Assembly: GCA_002269645.1 (NCBI GenBank)
Contig: NIVC01003270.1
Location: 1-29,745 of the forward strand
Direction of reading: 5' to 3'
DNA length: 29,745 nt
Source of the DNA: Macrostomum lignano
Taxonomy: Eukaryota
In this document: positions 12,595-23,000 of the stretch, piece after piece
Numbering within the stretch: position 1 is the first letter of the stretch
Layout: every line of letters starts with the position of its first letter
Made by a program: the position numbers and the translations under genes
The notes under the pieces: model-generated
What the model was told of the DNA's origin: nothing
The model's database searches: none
What the model saw: only the letters and a program-made list of their open reading frames with translations

Positions 12595-13217
12595 ATGTCA
12601 GCGGCTAACGGCTTTCCTGTTCGCACGCAGCACCAACAGCACTCATCCCCAGTTGTCGGGGCGCCAATGTTTCCCAGCGGCGCCGCGCCCGGCGCTTATT
12701 CGGCGCCAGCGCCGCAGCATCAGCAGCAGCCCCACCACGCCTTTCACGCCATGCCGCATCACCAGATGGGGCACCCGGCAGCTGCGGCGGCTGCGACGGA
12801 CAAGAAGTGGGCGGAGCACACGATGCCAGACGGCAAGACGTACTATTACAACCTGGTGACCGGCAAGACAGTCTGGGAGAAGCCGGACGATCTGAAAACC
12901 GAGTGGGAGCTGATCATGGCCCGGTGTCCGTGGCGAGAGTTCCGCACGGATGCCGGCAAGGTGTACTATTCTCACTCGGTCACCAATCAGTCCGTGTGGA
13001 CCAAGCCTGAGGAGCTCCGCTTGGCCGAGCAGCAGGCTGAGATGGCCCGGCAGCGGGCGGCGGCCGCGGCTGCCATCGAGCCGCTCAGGCAGATGCAGCA
13101 CCTGCAGCAGTCTGGGCCGCCGCCTCCGCCTACCGCCGCCGTTGGCTCCCCGGCTGCCAGCGGCGGCGGCGGCGGCGGCAGCTCCGCCATCGAGGAAGCG
13201 ATGAAGAAGACGCTCGG
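12595..13217 (+). CDS. PRPF40A: PRPF40 (Prp40) first coding segment with two WW domains
   Basis: WW1 KKWAEHTMPDGKTYYYNLVTGKTVWEKP and WW2 CPWREFRTDAGKVYYSHSVTNQSVWTKP, then SAIEEAMKKTL. The start could extend 5' to 12574. The 3' boundary is uncertain; the nearest GT is at 13218. Confidence 0.88.
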
Positions 13218-13254
13218 GTGTTTGGCATAAATCGGCGGCGGGCAAGCGACTTAA

Positions 13255-13345
13255 TCGAGCTGTTTATATCTGCTGAATCGGTGTTTATCCATGCTAAAAT
13301 GGGTGTTTATAATAGCTGTAATCGGGTGTTTATATCTGCTGAAAT
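13255..13345. repeat. Short degenerate repeat (about 4 copies) in the PRPF40 WW/FF gap
   Basis: Recurring (AATCGG)GTGTTTATATCTGCTGA-like units. Confidence 0.6.
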
Positions 13346-13378
13346 GCTTATACATGCTTATCTTGTCAAACCTCGCAG

Positions 13379-13873
13379 ATCAAGAAGGCCCGCGAAGACC
13401 TGGAGCAGTTCCTGCTGCAGACGGCGCCAATCACTTCGAGCACAAAGTACCGCACAGCCGAGAAGATGTTCGTCGATCTGCGCGTCTGGACGGCCGTCCC
13501 CGAACGGGACCGCAGGGACATCTTCGATGACGCGGTGCGCGAGATTGACAAGCGCGAGCGGGAGGCGCAGCGGGCCCTGCAGCGCAGGAATATCGAACGG
13601 TTCGGTGAGATTCTGGCGGGTATGAAGGAGATGAACTACCTGACCACCTGGACTGAGGCACAGCAGATGCTCAGCAATAGCGCCAGCTTCCGCTCCGACC
13701 GCGAGCTGCTAGACATGGACAAGGAGGACGCGCTGATCTGCTTTCAGAAACACGTCACCCGCCTGGAGAAAGAGGAGGACGATAAGAAAGAGGAGAACCA
13801 GCTGAGGCAGCGGCGGCAAGAGAGGAAGAATAGAGAGGCCTTCGTTGTGCTGTTGGACGAGCTGCATGACCAG
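13379..13873 (+). CDS. PRPF40A: PRPF40 exon encoding FF2-FF3 and the start of FF4
   Basis: Acceptor cctcgcag|[16 protein letters not shown]...KYRTAEKMF...[10 protein letters not shown]...[13 protein letters not shown]...[17 protein letters not shown] closely matches recalled human PRPF40A. Donor CAG|GTATGA. Confidence 0.93.
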
Positions 13874-13877
13874 GTAT

Positions 13878-14899
13878 GAGCGGATCTGTCACTGATGGAG
13901 TGGATCTGCCACTGACGGGAGTGGATCTGCCACTGACGGGAGTGGATCTGCCACTGACGGGAGTGGATCTGCACTGACGGGAGTGGATCTGTCACTGATG
14001 GGAGTGGATCTGTCACTGATGGGAGTGGATCTGTCACTGATGGGAGTGGATCTGTCACTGATGGGAGTGGATCTGTCACTGATGGGAGTGGATCTGTCAC
14101 TGATGGGAGTGGATCTGTCACTGATGGGAGTGGATCTGTCACTGATGGGAGTGGATCTGTCACTGATGGGAGTGGATCTGCACTGATGGGAGTGGATCTG
14201 TCACTGATGGGAGTGGATCTATCACTGATGGCAGTGGATCTGTCACTGATAAGAGTGGATCTGTCACTGATGGGAGTGGATCTGTCACTGATGGCAGTGG
14301 ATCTGTCACTGATGGCAGTGGATCTGTCACTGATTGGAGTGGATCTGTCACTGATGGGAGTGGATCTGTCACTGATGGGAGTGGATCTGTCACTGATTGG
14401 AGTGGATCTGTCACTGATTGGAGTGGATCTGTCACTGATGGGAGTGGATCTGCCACTGACGGGAGTGGATCTGCCACTGACGGGAGTGGATCTGCCACTG
14501 ACGGGAGTGGATCTGTCACTGACGGGAGTAGATCTGTCACTGATTGAAGTAGATCTGTCACTGATTGGAGTGGATCTGTCACTGATGGGAGTGGATCCGT
14601 CACTGATGGGAGTAGATCTGTCACTGATTGAAGTAGATCTGTCACTGATTGGAGTAGATCTGTCACTGATTGAAGTAGATTGTCACTGATTGGAGTGGAT
14701 CCGTCACTGATGGGAGTAGATCTGTCACTGATTGAAGTAGATCTGTCACTGATTGGAGTAGATCTGTCACTGATTGAAGTAGATCTGTCACTGATTGGAG
14801 TAGATCTGTCACTGATTGGAGTAGATCTGTCACTGATGGGAGTGGATCTGTCACTGATTAAAGTAGATCTGTCACTGATTGGAGTAGATCTGTCACTGA
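13878..14899. repeat. 21-bp minisatellite (about 48 copies) filling a PRPF40 intron
   Basis: Unit GGGAGTGGATCTGTCACTGAT, with a positional gradient of variants (CTGCCACTGAC in patches, TTGAAGTAGAT at the 3' end). Confidence 0.97.
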
Positions 14900-14966
14900 G
14901 GAGAATAGACAAGCAAAGCAAAGCTCCTATAATGAATGTCTATTTGCATTTCCTCCCCATCCCCAG

Positions 14967-16198
14967 GGCCGGCTCACTGCGAACTCCCTATGGAAAGACT
15001 GCTTCCGCGACATCTGCCGCGACCGTCGTTTCGACCAGATGCTGTGCCAGCAGGGCTCCACGCCGCTGGACCTGTTCAAATTCTACGTGGACGATCTGAA
15101 GAAACGATTCCCGAGGAGAAGCGCATCGTGAAGGAGATCATGAAGGACCGCGCGTTCAGCATCTGTCCGGACACCGCGCTGGAGGATTTCCTTCGCCTGA
15201 TCGCTTCGGACGAGCGCGGCCGCTCGCTGGACCCCGGCAACGTGGAGCGCAGCTTCGACAGCCTGCAGGAGAAGGCGCGCTGTATCGAGCAGGAGAAGCG
15301 TGCAGAGGAGCGCCGCAAGATGCAGCGCCATGCCGAGGCCTTCAAGGAGCTGCTGTTCTCGGCCGATCCGCCTGTTGACGCCAGCACCAGCTGGGACACC
15401 GTCAGGGAGAGATTCGGCCAGGCCGACTGCTTCCAGGCCATCCCGCTCGAGTCCGAGCGCCTCATCGTGTTCAAGGACTTCTTGAAGAGCCTCGCCGAAC
15501 CGGCGGCATCCGCAGCGTCTGGCGGCACGGGCGCCGCGGCTGGGGGCAAGAAAAAGAAGAAAAAGAAAGACCGCGACCGGGAGGTCGACAAGGACAAGGA
15601 CCACCGGTCTAAGGACAAAGACCGCAAGAAGTCGCGTCGAAACAGCGACGGCGACTTGGACGGCGAGAAGGCGGACTCCGGCGGCGAGCGCGACAAAAAA
15701 GCCAAAAAGAAGAAGAAAAAGCAGAGTCGGCATTCCGACGACGGCGAGGGCGAAGCTGGTGGCGAGAAGAAAAAGAAGAAAAAGGACAAGAAAGAAAAGG
15801 AGCAGAAGAAACACAGAAAGGAGGGCAAGTCCTCCAGCGGCGGCGGCAGCAGTCGGAAACGAAAACGCGACGAAGGCGGCGGCGGCGGCGGCGATGACTT
15901 GCCTGACGACGGCGAGGAAAGCGGCGGCTCGCGGCGCCGGCAGCACCGGAGTCGGCGCCACTCCGGCGCCTCGTCGTCAGCGGCGGTCGGGAAGCGCGCG
16001 CGCCGACATTCCAGCCGGTCGTCGGCAGCCTCCGGTGACGAGCGCGGAGGTCGCGGTGGCGGCTCCTCGAAGACTGCTGCCGACGATGCACCGCCGAAGG
16101 AGTCGCAGGCGGCGCTGAACGCCTCGGACAGCATGGACCTGAGCGAGGGCGAGCTGGAGAAGGAGAGAGAGCGGCTCATTGCCCAGCTGCATGACTGA
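14967..16198 (+). CDS. PRPF40A: PRPF40 terminal exon (FF4-FF6 and K/R/S-rich tail), with a 1-nt frameshift near 15110-15112
   Basis: Acceptor ccccag|GGC. GRLTANSLWKD...GSTPLDLFKFYVDDLKKRF changes frame to EEKRIVKEIMKD...LDPGNV...PLESERLIVFKDF. It ends in SEGELEKERERLIAQLHD, the conserved PRPF40 C-terminal motif. Confidence 0.92.
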
Positions 16199-16475
16199 AT
16201 GTGCCCCAACCCTCCTGTCCTACCCCCCTGTCTCACCTGTCTCATTCGTTCCCAACTGGGGTAGCGATTTCTTCTCTCTCTTAATTTAGTCTAAAAAACA
16301 CTGTTGATAAGAAATACTGGGCTCAGTTTATCTGCTTATTGTGTTAAATTAATTCGCTTAGAACTAATTTGCTGATTACTTCTAGGTTAATGCAGTGTTT
16401 GCTTTCTCACTCTATTGTGCCTCTATAATGCATTCAGGTACTCTGTGGCATGGCCCGGTTGTCACCCTCTGGGCC

Positions 16476-16614
16476 CAGGGGTTGGCAAACCTCACATGCG
16501 GCCCGCGAAGCCTCTCTAACCGGCCCACGGGCCCTTTTAAAACTTCACAATATCGATCCGGTCTGTCTCTCTTCTCTATCTGGACTTTTGAGGAAAACAG
16601 TTTGCCAACCCCTT
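16476..16614. mobile_element. Short hAT-like MITE
   Basis: TIRs CAGGGGTTGGCAAAC and GTTTGCCAACCCCTT match at 14 of 15 positions. The internal TGCGGCCCGCG motif is typical of hAT/Charlie-type MITEs. No intact TSD. Confidence 0.65.
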
Positions 16615-16648
16615 CCTGTTGGAGGCCGTGGGAGATTAACCCATGAAT

Positions 16649-16654
16649 AATAAA
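16649..16654 (+). terminator. Candidate poly(A) signal of PRPF40
   Basis: AATAAA about 450 nt after the stop, followed by a T-rich sequence. Confidence 0.4.
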
Positions 16655-17419
16655 TAATCATTCATATTTCAATTCAATTGTCTTAAGAATGCATGATGGA
16701 AATTTGCATTTCTTCTCCATCTAACTACCCCCAGCTGTGCCGTATCTGGGGTGTTATTCTTCATTGACTGTCGCTTTTCTTGTTTAGTTAAGACTTATTT
16801 ATATTAGTATAACATTAGAAATTTGACCTGAGCAGACCGGGTATCCCAGGCCTGTTTCTGTGGCTATTAAATTCTCATATTGAATGCAGAGCTCAGTTCA
16901 TGTCCGCATCAGGCTACTGTTAGTAGAGCCAAATGTATTGCCTGATTGAGAGTCGCAGTTTTTAGCATTTTTTGTTTTTTGTCGCCTAAAATTGTTAAAT
17001 TGTGAAATCGCCAGGCCTGCTGGTTTTCTAAGCTCTTCTCTGTTGCATCAGCGGCTTGGAGACTTGAAAAAGCTTCTTGACTCCCCCCAGCCCATCTTTC
17101 CCTTTTCTTTGTTCCTCAAGTCTCACCCGGGCGCGCGAAGTGTAAAGTTCCTATTATATTGTTTACCAATGCACCTGCAAAATCATTTTTAATTACTAAT
17201 TACAAAAATACATTAAACCAATTGTTTGCATATTCAGCTTTATATCTGATATAAAGCTGCTCAATTGCCCGCTGCGTTTCTATGCTGTTCCATCTCTCTC
17301 TGTGTGTTCAGCTAAGAACAAATTGAAACGCTGGAGGCGGCACTGTACTTGTTTGTGTCAGTCTGTGTTTTCTATTTATTTTCTCTTGTGTAGTTTTAGC
17401 TATCAGTTCAGGCTGTGTT

Positions 17420-17790
17420 CTTAGCGGTTTTGGGCTAGGGTATCGTAGGATTGACTTTTTGGTTCTCCAGTTCTTAGCGGGTCAGCTGAGAATGAAGAAA
17501 ATGTCAATGAGAATACAAGGGAGAATAGAGGAGAGATAAGGAAGAAAGAATGTAATGAGAGAGGAGAAACAAGAAAAGCGATTATAAAGAAGATAGCTAA
17601 GAAGAGACTTGTAAAGTTAAAATGATCCTGGTATGACCTGATATAAAGGAGAGGGGAGAGGAGGGACCTGAGAGAAGATATAAACCTTGAACAGTTTAGA
17701 TTGCTGTTGTGAAGTTTCAAACTACCCGATGGCCGGATAGATCTGGCCTGTGGTCCCAATATCCCAGTCTACCTGTTTGTCTGTGCTCTG
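17420..17790 (-). mobile_element. Degenerate relative of the 16476 MITE with a GA-rich interior
   Basis: TTGTGAAGTTTCAAACTACCCGATGGCCGG near 17707 matches the reverse complement of the 16520-16550 region. A purine-rich stretch lies at about 17490-17680. Boundaries are approximate. Confidence 0.45.
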
Positions 17791-18948
17791 AGCCGTCTCC
17801 CTGAGAAATGAGTCAACATGTTAGTAAGCGTGCAAAAATATTTTCACCTTTGAGTACTTTGAGGGGTTGCATGAGTCACGTGTTTCCTGAGTTGAGGTTC
17901 GTCCAATGCCTCGTGTCCCCAATGTATTTATGAGCTGATCAGTGCTGCCCAAGTAGTGAACTCCCTTTCTCTCCCCACTCTGAGCTCTCTGTCACGTTTG
18001 AGTTCTCCCAGTCGCGTGTAGCTACCTCCAAATTCCATAAGCATTTTGTTCATTGGGCCACCGCGCACCAATTATGCTTACTCCCCTTTCCATTCTCTTC
18101 CACCAGAGCAGCTAATGGCTGTCTATATGGGATTTCTATGCACATGTTCGTGTTCTTATCTGGCAGCTCATCCAATGCTTCATTTTTCTTCCCTTTGCGC
18201 GTAAGCTGTTACTTTTCTTTGCTGAGATCGTCCAACCCCCATAGTTCAACCAGCGCCGTCTCAGCAATCTGAGTACAACAGGCGGACAGGGCAAGACTTG
18301 CTGGCTTGAGACGGCAGGAAGTTGTCCGAGAGTCGTGCACTGTCGGGAATGCTCGCGGCACGCACAGTGTGAGCAAGGAGTGCAGTCTTCTCCGCTTATA
18401 GAGAGAGACCGAGTTGCGCTTGTTGAGCAGGAGAGCAGAATTTATTATTAAAAAATCATACACCGACTTCTTAGTGCTACTATCTGACTGTTGTCAACGA
18501 AGAAGATCGAAACAGAATGGTAGAACTTACTGCCAACTTGTCCTTGATAAATACAGTCGACTTGTCAGTATTTGAGTTTGTCTGATTATTATAATTTAAA
18601 GTCTCCGATGGCATGGATGGACAGCAGGTTCTGTTGGTACCTTTGGAGCTGCCGCCTGCCCTGCTGTTTTTACTGGAAGGTGATCTCCACGTTGGCGGCG
18701 TCCCCTTTGAAGTTGCTTCCACTCGATCGGTGTCTGGCTTCTGTTTGGCTGCTTGGCTTGCAGCTCGAGCTAAATTTCTCAGTCTTGGCATTGTAAGACC
18801 AGGTAAAACCATTAGATACTGTGGCAGCTTTGTTCAGAAATTTTTCGTTACGTCGCCCCGATTGCTTGATTTTCCTGATAGCTTTATTTTCCCACTAAGG
18901 ATTAAATTGCTTGCTCCTAGGCTCAATCGGCTTGGAAAATGCTCTAGT

Positions 18949-19384
18949 AAAATTACGAATGTGAGCACTAGCATTTTTGGCACGAGCTAAGTGACATGTT
19001 ACGCCTCGCGTCAGGCTTCGTCAGGCTCTTGAAAATGAGCAACAAAAATAACCCTAAAATTATCATTTATATCAATTTAGACGACAACGGGTCAATGAAA
19101 CTATGAAAGTCAGAAAATGTACATCAACTTGACAATCATAGTGCCAGTGCCCTCATTAGAGTATTCTAGGTGTACACATGAGCACTGTGCACTGTGAGCG
19201 CTCCGCAAGACTGCAATCGACTGTTAATTAAATGCACATTTTCTGACTTATCGACCAATTTTCGTCTAAATCGATTTTAAAAAAATAAATCGTAGCTATT
19301 TTTTAAGAGCTTGACGATTCCTGATGCGAGGCAAAAAATGTCGCTTACCAAACCAAAAATACCAGTGCTCACATTCTTAATTTT
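18949..19384. mobile_element. Probable MITE bounded by a 32-bp imperfect inverted repeat
   Basis: AAAATTACGAATGTGAGCACTAGCATTTTTGG (18949-18980) pairs with CCAAAAATACCAGTGCTCACATTCTTAATTTT (19353-19384), with 3 mismatches. No TSD was found. Confidence 0.55.
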
Positions 19385-19912
19385 GCAAAATGCACTTGTG
19401 ATGCGAAAAATATACGTACCTTCGACGGCCTCCTGCTTATCTATAAAAGAAAAGAAAGTGTAGCGAGTCGAAGTTCCTCTGCTCTTAGGGCTATTTAGTT
19501 ACTCAAAAGTACGCCTTGTTTCCTCTCCATTTGAGTCGCTTCTGTCTCCCGTCGTGCATTTTCTACCAAAATATTCCAGTCCCGACCCTTGGCAGATATA
19601 CTTAATAGTCTGAGTCTGCTGTGAGCGCTTCGCTATTGCTGCTTGGAAGCCAACTGTAGCGACTTTCGCATGCGCCTTGGTTGTAATTTTCCTTTCTTTC
19701 GAGCTATCGATTAAGACCTAAGGCTTTTATGGGCGTTTAGCCTGCATTCCTGGGTTTTAAAATGCGGCTTTTTCACTTGTAAAGTATAACTTCCGTTGCT
19801 ATTTTCTGCGGGCGTATACATCTTCCACAGGGTAGAAATATGTGGATTAGTTGAACCGGACTGAATGCCTTAAGATGTGTGAGTGCAGGCCTATGAAACT
19901 TTGCTACCTCTA

Positions 19913-21930
19913 CTTACTTACTACTTACTACTGACGGGGGGCGCAGGCGCCGCGAATAGGCCGCGAGGCCCCTATCGCAACCCCAAGGTAAAAGAGCACA
20001 AGGATTAGCCTTGGGGGTGCGCCCAGTCCCCGCCAGTAGTCGGCAGGTCCGCAGTGGAGGCATCGGCGACCCTCATCCGGCCGGAGTCCCGGACGAAGGC
20101 GCGGAGGTCTCGGATATTGTCCGCGGTGGTCAGCTCGTCCATCCGCTGGGGGTGGCCGAGGTATTTGTGCCGCGCCTTGTTGAAGTAAGGGCAGAAGGTG
20201 ACGTGATGCTCCGCGGTCTCCTCTCCTATGCCACAGAAGGGACAGGTGGGAGGGCAACCGGTTTGCAACGATATATGTCTCTGGAAGAATCCGTGGCCGG
20301 TTAGGACCATGCACATCTCCCTGAGGTCGGTTTTGTTAAGCGAAATCAGATAATCAGAGACTTTCCTGTTCAGGTTAGGCATGGCAGAGCGGCTCTGCCT
20401 GTGCTCGGTGCAGCTGTTCCAGTGGAGCTGGTGCTGCTGATGGAGCCACCTGTTGATATGGCGGGTGACTTGCGACCTGGGGGTGGGTAGCCTCATCAGA
20501 CGGTGGTTGCCGTCTGGGTTGCTGCCCTCCTTGGCGAGAGAGTCCGCGAGCTCGTTGCCCAGGATGTTGCTGTGACCAGGTGTCCAGATAATTCTAATCC
20601 TGTTAAGGACTGAGAGAGATTGCACACTGCGGTGGCATTGAGATACTGTAGCAGCGGAGATATTCTCAGTGGTTAAGGCCTTAATAGCAGCTTGGCTATC
20701 AGTGTAGAAATTAATGTCAAAATTATTAATGTTCGCCTGAAACAGTTGCTGGGCACACTGCTCAATGGCGCAAATTTCAGCTTGGAAAACTGAGGTGTTC
20801 TCACCGAGGTGCAGACTTTCCTGGAGAAGCATCTTACCCTCGTGGAAAATGGCAATACCCGCTCCAGCGCGGCCGTTGAACAGCGAGCCGTCGGTGAAGC
20901 AGTGAATGCCCTGGCTGCGCCGGTTCACACCGACATCCAGCGGAATGTTGTCTCGGCCAGGGATGGCGGTCTTGAAGCCCCTCCTGATGTTGAGGGCGGG
21001 AGGTCGACTATCCACATTGCCCAGGTCCATGTGGATGTTGTTAAGGTCGCGGCGGACAAAGTCCATATGCGGGATTAATGTTTTCATTGGCATAAAGCCA
21101 GAGGGCGCGTTATTTACCGTTTTATCTCTGATAAGCCGGGAGGCAGACTTCATAGCCTCCGCCCTAATAAATAGGTGAAGCGGAGGTAGGTTAAGGATAG
21201 TGTTCAGCCCCTCGTAAGGGGTGGACGGGTACGCACCTGTGATGGCACGGCAAATGCTGCCCTGAAGCTGGTACAGCCGCTGACGGGCGGCCTTCTGCTC
21301 CAGCACGCTAGTCCAGATGAGACTCGCGTATGTGATACTGGGCCGGATGATGCCGGTATAAATCCAACGGACCGTTCTAGGCGAGAGGCCCCAAGTCGGC
21401 CCGATGGCTCTGCGCAGCTGGGCAAAGCAGCGTTTTGCCCGACCGATGACGTTATCAAGGTGCTTCGTCCAGCGCAGGTCATGCGTTAGCGTCACACCGA
21501 GGTATTTGACCTCCTTCTTGAAGGGGATGTTTCTGCCATAGACAGTGAGGTTTTTCATCTCCCACTTACGGCGCTTGGTGAAAACGACAGCGACAGTCTT
21601 AGTGACGCTGATTTTTAGGCCATGCTGTGTAGCCCAGTCGGCCGCCTTGTCGGCGAATTGGTGATACTGCTGGGAATGTCAGCGGTTAGAAGTTCGTCCA
21701 TGACGAGATTCCAGAGAAGTGGAGTTAGCACGCCACCTTGCGGGCCGCCTTTCATCACCGCCCGGGTGAGGGTAACGCCCATAAGTGTGGATGTCACAAA
21801 CCTTTTGCGGATCATAAAATAAATCCAGCGAACAATGCTGTGTCTTACATTCCTGCGGGAAAGAGAATTTCTGAAGGAGCGGAAGAGGACATTGTCAAAT
21901 GCTCCTTCGAAGTCAACGAACAACCCGCAA
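19913..21930 (-). mobile_element. 5'-truncated non-LTR retrotransposon carrying RT and RNase H (LOA/R1-group-like)
   Basis: Exact 10-bp TSD GCTACCTCTA at 19903-19912 and 21931-21940. (TAAG/TAG)n 3' tail at 19913-19932. RT motifs VDFEGAFD, GGPQGGVLTPLLWN and KYLGV. RNase H motifs FTDGS, FQAE, YTDSQAA and WTPGH...GNELAD. C-terminal CPFC...HHVTFC knuckle. Confidence 0.95.
20005..21929 (-). pseudogene. Partial ORF2 (RT C-half, RNase H, CCHC), disrupted at the catalytic RT motif
   Basis: ORFs 21615-21923 and 20005-21558 join through a frameshift near 21660 ([21 protein letters not shown]). The rest of the (Y/F)ADD motif and the following helix are missing. Confidence 0.88.
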
Positions 21931-22299
21931 GCTACCTCTAATCAGCCAAGTATTGATTTTAGCTACCATTTCCTAATATAAATTAATTCGTAATTAGCCT
22001 AGTTGATGATTGATGGGGTCATTCTCTTTCTTTACCCTAGCTGATGTGTACTCGTAGGTTAGCTATATTTCAGATGATTTATTTTCTGCATACTTTGCGA
22101 TCTGGGTCGAATCTATTTTAAGCAATCTACCATAGTTATTTCCATTACTTGCGTGCCATAATTTTTGCCTTTATCGTTCCAGTTTCTATTCATTCCAAAA
22201 GCGCAATCGCGGGGTCACGGGGCAGGCTGAGTTCGTTGCCAAGTGAATCTCTATCCAGCAACAGAGAGAAGAGTCTGCGGAGTTGATGCATCCCTATAG

Positions 22300-23000
22300 C
22301 TGAATTTCCAATCTCGGTGTTTGTATTGGAAATGCAGCTTGGGGTCGGTCTGACTGCCTATCTGCGCACATCTGATTTAGCTCAGTATTCTTTGACTGGG
22401 ATGCGCTCAGCTGCTTTAATTCAATGCGTGGAAGCGAAATACTGGGTGAGGGATGAGGGACGGAAAGCGGATAGCCTTGAGCGCATGCGCGCACATGGGG
22501 CGTCTTATGTTGGCAGTACAATGGGTGAAGGTCGTGCATCCACTGTCACCTTATCCCACTGCGTTTTCCCCTCCGCTGTCGAGGGAATGAATTGAATTTG
22601 CAGCGCGGTGGGAGTCTCTTGTGGAATTTTAATTTGCGCTGCCCGCAAAGCCCGGCCTGTCTTCCGCCTGCTGTTTGCATTCAGTTCACGCGGCAGCGCT
22701 TCAAGCGGCTACTACATCAAGTTGAGTCCAACAACATAAGCTTCCTATTTCGTTCGGTGGTATTGGATTTCTACACTCGTGTTTCTTATCAGCCATCTTT
22801 GAGACGTTTAAACCTGGAGCAGTGTCTCGATAGCAGAACTGCTCAGCTTCATCAGGCACCCTTCGATAAGATCGAATATACCGAGAAGTCTCGTCCGTTG
22901 ATCAGTGTAATAGAACTTTGTTGCTGGTCCCGGCTCAGAAGATCGAGTGTACTTCGACACGCGATGAGGAACACAGCGCAGCTTTTCGAATCAGTAAAGA
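22300..23000 (+). pseudogene. Possible highly decayed hAT transposase remnant
   Basis: Motif-like fragments appear in hAT order across broken frames: RAHGASYVG (DGAS-like), LSHCV (HCxxH-like) and FDTR* (TRW-like). The evidence is weak. Confidence 0.25.

Noticed and set aside
11976-14899. 20-bp and 21-bp arrays as CRISPR arrays
   Set aside because: They are head-to-tail repeats with no unique spacers, there are no cas genes, and the context is eukaryotic.
13878-14899. CTGATGG in the 21-mer as a hammerhead ribozyme core
   Set aside because: It lacks the CUGAUGA and GAAA core elements and the three-stem geometry.
13744-15099. MGVDLSL and SVTDPLP repeat ORFs
   Set aside because: They are translations of the intronic 21-bp minisatellite.
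10465-16245. Long antisense ORFs over the WDR34 and PRPF40 exons
   Set aside because: They are shadows of GC-rich sense coding sequence with no independent motifs.
18330-18400. Minus-strand CSHCACREHSRQC as a gag zinc knuckle
   Set aside because: The spacing is non-canonical and the surrounding frames are broken. The nearby LVLTF motif turned out to be part of a MITE inverted repeat.
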